Shown: positions 63,630-64,000 of the stretch, in pieces | Layout of the letters: each line of letters opens with the position of its first letter | Position numbering within the stretch: position 1 is the first letter of the stretch | Source: Candidatus Caldarchaeum sp. | GTDB lineage: Archaea > Thermoproteota > Nitrososphaeria_A > Caldarchaeales > Caldarchaeaceae | Reading direction: 5' to 3' | Length of the DNA: 64,000 nt | Assembly (NCBI GenBank): GCA_038844785.1 | Contig: JAWBRA010000001.1 | Coordinates: 1 to 64,000 of the forward strand | The notes under the pieces: generated by a model | What the model was told of the DNA's origin: nothing | The model's input: only the letters and a program-made list of their open reading frames with translations | Database searches by the model: none | Made by a program: the position numbers and the translations under genes

Positions 63630-64000
63630 TTATTCCTGCTCTCTTAAAGCGCTGAGCCTTGTCTCCAAGCTCCAAAGCTTCGAAAACCCTTCGCCGGCCT
63701 TCTGGTCGAACACGCTTTCACGTGCGTAGGTTATATACTTAATTGAATAGAGAGGCTTTTCACCTCTTCTGCCCACAATCCTGGCCGAGCCTTTAAACAA
63801 TCTCACCCGTACCTCGCCAGTAACACCTTGCTGCGAAACATCTATGAAAGCGTCAAGCGCCTTTCTCAACGGGTCCGCCCACAAACCGCTGTAAACCATT
63901 TCAGCCCATGCCGCGTCCACGTACTGCTTGAAAGCTTGCATACGCCTCCCTAGAAACATTTTTTCAAGGTCAGCGTGGGCGTTTATCAGCAGAAGCGCGG
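63630..64000 (-). CDS. argG: Argininosuccinate synthase, C-terminal part (extends beyond window)
   Basis: LLINAHADLE...VYSGLWADP...VTGEVRVRLFKG...FDQ..GEGF. Confidence 0.9.
   Translation of the reverse strand, partial: ALLLINAHADLEKMFLGRRMQAFKQYVDAAWAEMVYSGLWADPLRKALDAFIDVSQQGVTGEVRVRLFKGSARIVGRRGEKPLYSIKYITYARESVFDQKAGEGFSKLWSLETRLSALREQE

Overview
Archaeal chromosomal window of roughly 50% GC with short intergenic gaps. Gene content (Topo VI A, A/V-ATPase, class II RNR, LysW pathway, scattered complex I subunits) resembles Caldarchaeales/Aigarchaeota; that placement is an inference. It is mostly housekeeping: about 60 CDS and one tRNA-Asp(GTC). The strongest finding is a 30-nt insertion (60963-60992, minus strand) inside a GTPase/cDPGS-like (arginine-synthetase-family) gene in the lys/arg cluster. 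It carries an in-frame TAA and is bounded by a canonical bulge-helix-bulge motif. Cutting at the standard BHB positions restores the conserved GAAGRD|FHNFN motif exactly, so it is a candidate archaeal mRNA intron outside cbf5. Other highlights: (i) a partial IS110-like DEDD recombinase at the left edge, missed by the ORF track, with a highly structured ~270-nt upstream non-coding RNA candidate (possibly bridge-RNA-like); (ii) a partly AT-rich cassette between nuoL and nuoM encoding a tandem Lrp-like regulator, a 49-aa secreted-peptide precursor and a degenerate KaiC-like/V4R protein, where two divergent promoters share a 14-bp inverted repeat; (iii) an unannotated lysW ending EDWGQ rather than EDWGE. 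All calls come from reading the sequence; no database searches were run.
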